From Myxococcota bacterium (lineage in GTDB: Bacteria > Myxococcota > SpSt-1050): 19,294 bases of DNA. Of the stretch, positions 16,942-19,294 are shown in pieces. Both the position numbers and the translations under genes were made by a program. Position 1 is the first letter of the stretch. Each line of letters opens with the position of its first letter. The notes beneath the pieces were generated by a model, which saw nothing but the letters and a program-made list of their open reading frames with translations, searched no databases and was not told where the DNA came from. The stretch lies in the NCBI GenBank assembly GCA_049969675.1, contig JBMFOP010000060.1, positions 1 through 19,294 on the forward strand, in the 5' to 3' direction.

Positions 16942-17335
16942 TCTTTCTCTCCCTTCGTAAAAGGATATATAACACAATAATATAAAAAATTGAACCAATA
17001 AAACCACCAACCGTATCTGCAATTATATCACCCACCGAGACTACCCTGTCTGGGACATACAACTGATGATATTCATCCGAACATCCAAATAAAAATGCAA
17101 AGAATGTTGTTGTAAATACACCCCTGATCTTATGCTCCTTACCTGCTGTGTTCAGATATGCCCTCATAAATAGAAAACCCAATATAGTATACTCAAGAAT
17201 ATGCAATGTCTTGTCAGAGTTTAGAATTAAAATATTGGGTGGAGAGAGACTGAGCGATGAGAGGAAGAATACAAACAACAGATATAATACCACCGGCATA
17301 TAGTAATAAAAGAAGAGGATGAGAAATCTTATCAT
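16925..17335 (-). CDS. VanZ-family membrane protein
   Basis: DKTLHILEYTILG and SDEYHQLYVPDR..SVGDIIADTVG motifs, with hydrophobic helices. Confidence 0.88.
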   Translation of the reverse strand: MIRFLILFFYYYMPVVLYLLFVFFLSSLSLSPPNILILNSDKTLHILEYTILGFLFMRAYLNTAGKEHKIRGVFTTTFFAFLFGCSDEYHQLYVPDRVVSVGDIIADTVGGFIGSIFYIIVLYILLRRERKNVKTN

Positions 17336-17343
17336 AAAACAAT

Positions 17344-17811
17344 TTACATTTTATATTTTCCAAAGTCTTCATTTGAGAGTGAATTTAGATACTCTTGGAG
17401 CCTCTCGTCGGGGTCCATCTTCTCCTTCATCTTTTCAAAGACCTCATCATTAATAAATATGGGGGCATTCATCCTCAATGCAACTGCAATGGCATCTGAT
17501 GGTCTGGAATCAATTATTACCTCTTTATCGTTCAATCTGATCACAATATTTGCATAAAAGGTATTTTCCATCAAGGTAGTAATAATTACCTTCTCTACAA
17601 CTGCCTGTAATCCGTTCAGAATATTCCTGATAAGGTCGTGAGTCATAGGTCTTGGGGGTTCTATATTCTCAATGGCACTCTGTATGGCAATCGCCTCCAC
17701 CGGTCCAATCCAGATTGGGAGCTGAATATTATCCACAACAGTCCTCAACACCACAACTGGCACCTTGTCCTTCTCGTCAAGCAATATTCCTACTACATCC
17801 GCCTGTTTCAT
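17344..17811 (-). CDS. Bifunctional nuclease family protein (DUF151)
   Basis: LPIWIGPVEAIAI, RPMTHDL, FYANI and DSRPSDAIAVALR. Confidence 0.93.
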   Translation of the reverse strand: MKQADVVGILLDEKDKVPVVVLRTVVDNIQLPIWIGPVEAIAIQSAIENIEPPRPMTHDLIRNILNGLQAVVEKVIITTLMENTFYANIVIRLNDKEVIIDSRPSDAIAVALRMNAPIFINDEVFEKMKEKMDPDERLQEYLNSLSNEDFGKYKM

Positions 17812-19123
17812 CTTTAACTCCTTCTAAAATCTCCCCTATTAATGAATGTTTGAGTGCGTCTACCACCCTTACTTTTACAATCTTCCCTCTGATATCCACT
17901 TCTGACTTTATATTTACCACCCTATTACAGGAACTCCTCCCGGTAAATTGAGTCTTAAATCTCCTTGAATTCCCTTCTATTAGAACCTCAAGCACCTTAT
18001 CTATCAGGAGTCTATTTCTCTTCTGTGCAATCGCCTCAATCATATCCTGAAGTATCTTCAATCTCTCCTCCTTTACCTCTTCGGGCACATCATCGGGGAG
18101 TTCTTTATATGCCTTCGTCAATGGTCTTGGAGAGTACTTAAAAGAAAATGCGGTATCATACTGCACATATTCAAGTAAAGAGAGGGTATCCTCAAAATCT
18201 CTCTCACTCTCCGTAGGGAAGCCCACAATAATATCTGTTGTAATGGCAATATCATCTCTTACCTTACGAAGTCTATCAATGATATTCAGATAATGCCTCC
18301 TGTCGTACTTTCTATTCATCAATTTGAGAATCCTGTCAGAGCCCGATTGCACAGGTAGGTGGATGTGGCTGCATAGTTTTGGAAGAGTTCTAAATGCCTC
18401 AATCAATCTATCAGATACATCCTTGGGGTGAGATGTAGTAAATCTAATCCTTTCAACTCCATCAATATTGTGAATAAGTTCCAGAAGTCTTACAAAGTCC
18501 ACACCACGCTTTTCATCGAGATAGGAATTTACATTCTGACCCAAAAGTGTAATCTCTCTGACCCCATTTTCGACCCTACCTTTTATCTCTCTTAATATAA
18601 TCTCACTCTCTCTTGAAAACTCCCTCCCTCTCAAATATGGCACAATACAGAATGAGCAGAAATTATTACAACCTCTGGTAATATTTACAAAGGCAGTTAC
18701 CCCCTCCTCTCTCTCAGGCACCTGCTCCTCACTGATATATCCGGAATCTGATACATCTATTATACTCTGTCTCTCCTCAATAACTTTCTTCAGAAGTACT
18801 ACAACATCCTTTATCTGTTGGGGACCAAAGACGAGGTCAATATTTGGAAATCTCTCCCTTATATTTTCGCCTTCCTGTTTTGCAAAACAACCACACAAAG
18901 CAACTATTCTCTTCCTGTTATTTTTGGACTTTATATATCTACCTGTTGCCGAAAGGGCTTTCTGGGAGGGCTTCTCCCTTACAGAGCAGGTATTCACAAA
19001 TACAATATCCGCATCCTCTGGAGTGCTCACCTCAAAAAACCCTTCAATTTTAAGCCTTGAGGCAATCTCCTCAGAATCACGTTCATTCATCTGACAGCCG
19101 TATGTCTCAATATAAAAATTCAT
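17777..19123 (-). CDS. miaB: tRNA-2-methylthio-N6-dimethylallyladenosine synthase MiaB
   Basis: TYGCQMNERDSE, NTCSVRE, GCNNFCSFCIVPYLRGRE, LLGQNVNSY, RIRFTTSHP, HLPVQSGS and a C-terminal TRAM domain. Confidence 0.96.
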   Translation of the reverse strand: MNFYIETYGCQMNERDSEEIASRLKIEGFFEVSTPEDADIVFVNTCSVREKPSQKALSATGRYIKSKNNRKRIVALCGCFAKQEGENIRERFPNIDLVFGPQQIKDVVVLLKKVIEERQSIIDVSDSGYISEEQVPEREEGVTAFVNITRGCNNFCSFCIVPYLRGREFSRESEIILREIKGRVENGVREITLLGQNVNSYLDEKRGVDFVRLLELIHNIDGVERIRFTTSHPKDVSDRLIEAFRTLPKLCSHIHLPVQSGSDRILKLMNRKYDRRHYLNIIDRLRKVRDDIAITTDIIVGFPTESERDFEDTLSLLEYVQYDTAFSFKYSPRPLTKAYKELPDDVPEEVKEERLKILQDMIEAIAQKRNRLLIDKVLEVLIEGNSRRFKTQFTGRSSCNRVVNIKSEVDIRGKIVKVRVVDALKHSLIGEILEGVKDETGGCSRNIA

Positions 19124-19132
19124 AGCCCCTTA

Positions 19133-19161
19133 ATCATAATTGCCCTCCATTATTAAGTCAA
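19133..19161 (-). promoter_or_regulatory. Sigma70-type promoter upstream of miaB
   Basis: TTGACT (19161-19156), 17-nt spacer, TATGAT (19138-19133). Confidence 0.55.
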
Positions 19162-19168
19162 CAGGAAA

Positions 19169-19294
19169 TTAAATTAAACGAAACATATGTAGGCTTTTTA
19201 TAACATCTTGAATCCTACACCCTTCTATCAACTGATAAAATCCCTTTAATACCTCCCTCATACCCTTTGCAAGTTCCACTTCCTCTATGTTATC
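19169..19294 (-). CDS. 3' end of an unidentified CDS (partial)
   Basis: Open frame from the window edge reads DNIEEVELAKGMREVLKGFYQLIEGCRIQDVIKSLHMFRLI*. Confidence 0.5.
   Translation of the reverse strand, partial: DNIEEVELAKGMREVLKGFYQLIEGCRIQDVIKSLHMFRLI

Noticed and set aside
16925..17335. VanZ-like protein as a glycopeptide-resistance gene or as the enzyme processing the GCSCS tag
   Set aside because: It sits in a housekeeping operon with no van cluster, and nothing in the sequence shows protease or transferase activity.
17777..17803. MiaB C-terminus TGGCSRNIA resembles the GCSCS tag
   Set aside because: MiaB is cytoplasmic, and this tail results from the 35-nt overlap with the next gene's start. 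It has no acidic stalk and only one Cys.
1364..19060. Numerous short ORFs from the track lying within larger genes (e.g. 8077-8682, 6163-6516, 9749-10087, 10613-10942, 11897-12223, 17652-17951)
   Set aside because: Antisense or alternate-frame shadows of well-supported genes, with no motifs or RBS evidence.

Overview
Low-GC bacterial window with no rRNA, tRNA, CRISPR or transposase seen. The protein style (Asp-rich 'DAG/DG' stalks, Cys-rich repeats) suggests Myxococcota/Deltaproteobacteria, which is an inference. Almost everything is on the minus strand. From the right end there is a housekeeping operon: miaB, DUF151 bifunctional nuclease, VanZ-like protein, gamma-carbonic-anhydrase-like protein, a cNMP-binding-domain protein and an SDR-like protein. 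It is followed by a cluster of large surface proteins: an Ig-repeat/NHL lipoprotein, a vWA + Cys-rich adhesin-like protein, a 5'-truncated beta-helix protein and an IPT/Kelch/FN3/Ig lipoprotein. Inside that cluster sits a compact three-gene operon (cysteine hydrolase, TrxB-like flavoprotein, atypical RlmN/Cfr-like radical SAM enzyme) with its own promoter and an attenuator-like leader. The left end holds a small hypothetical gene and a type I restriction hsdR remnant. The two best novelty candidates are (1) a transmembrane-less C-terminal tag EESSGCSCSxxx-COOH shared by two unrelated secreted proteins, a possible new Cys-based sorting or lipidation signal, and (2) the attenuator-controlled operon whose RlmN-like enzyme lacks the resolving Cys and the N-terminal domain.
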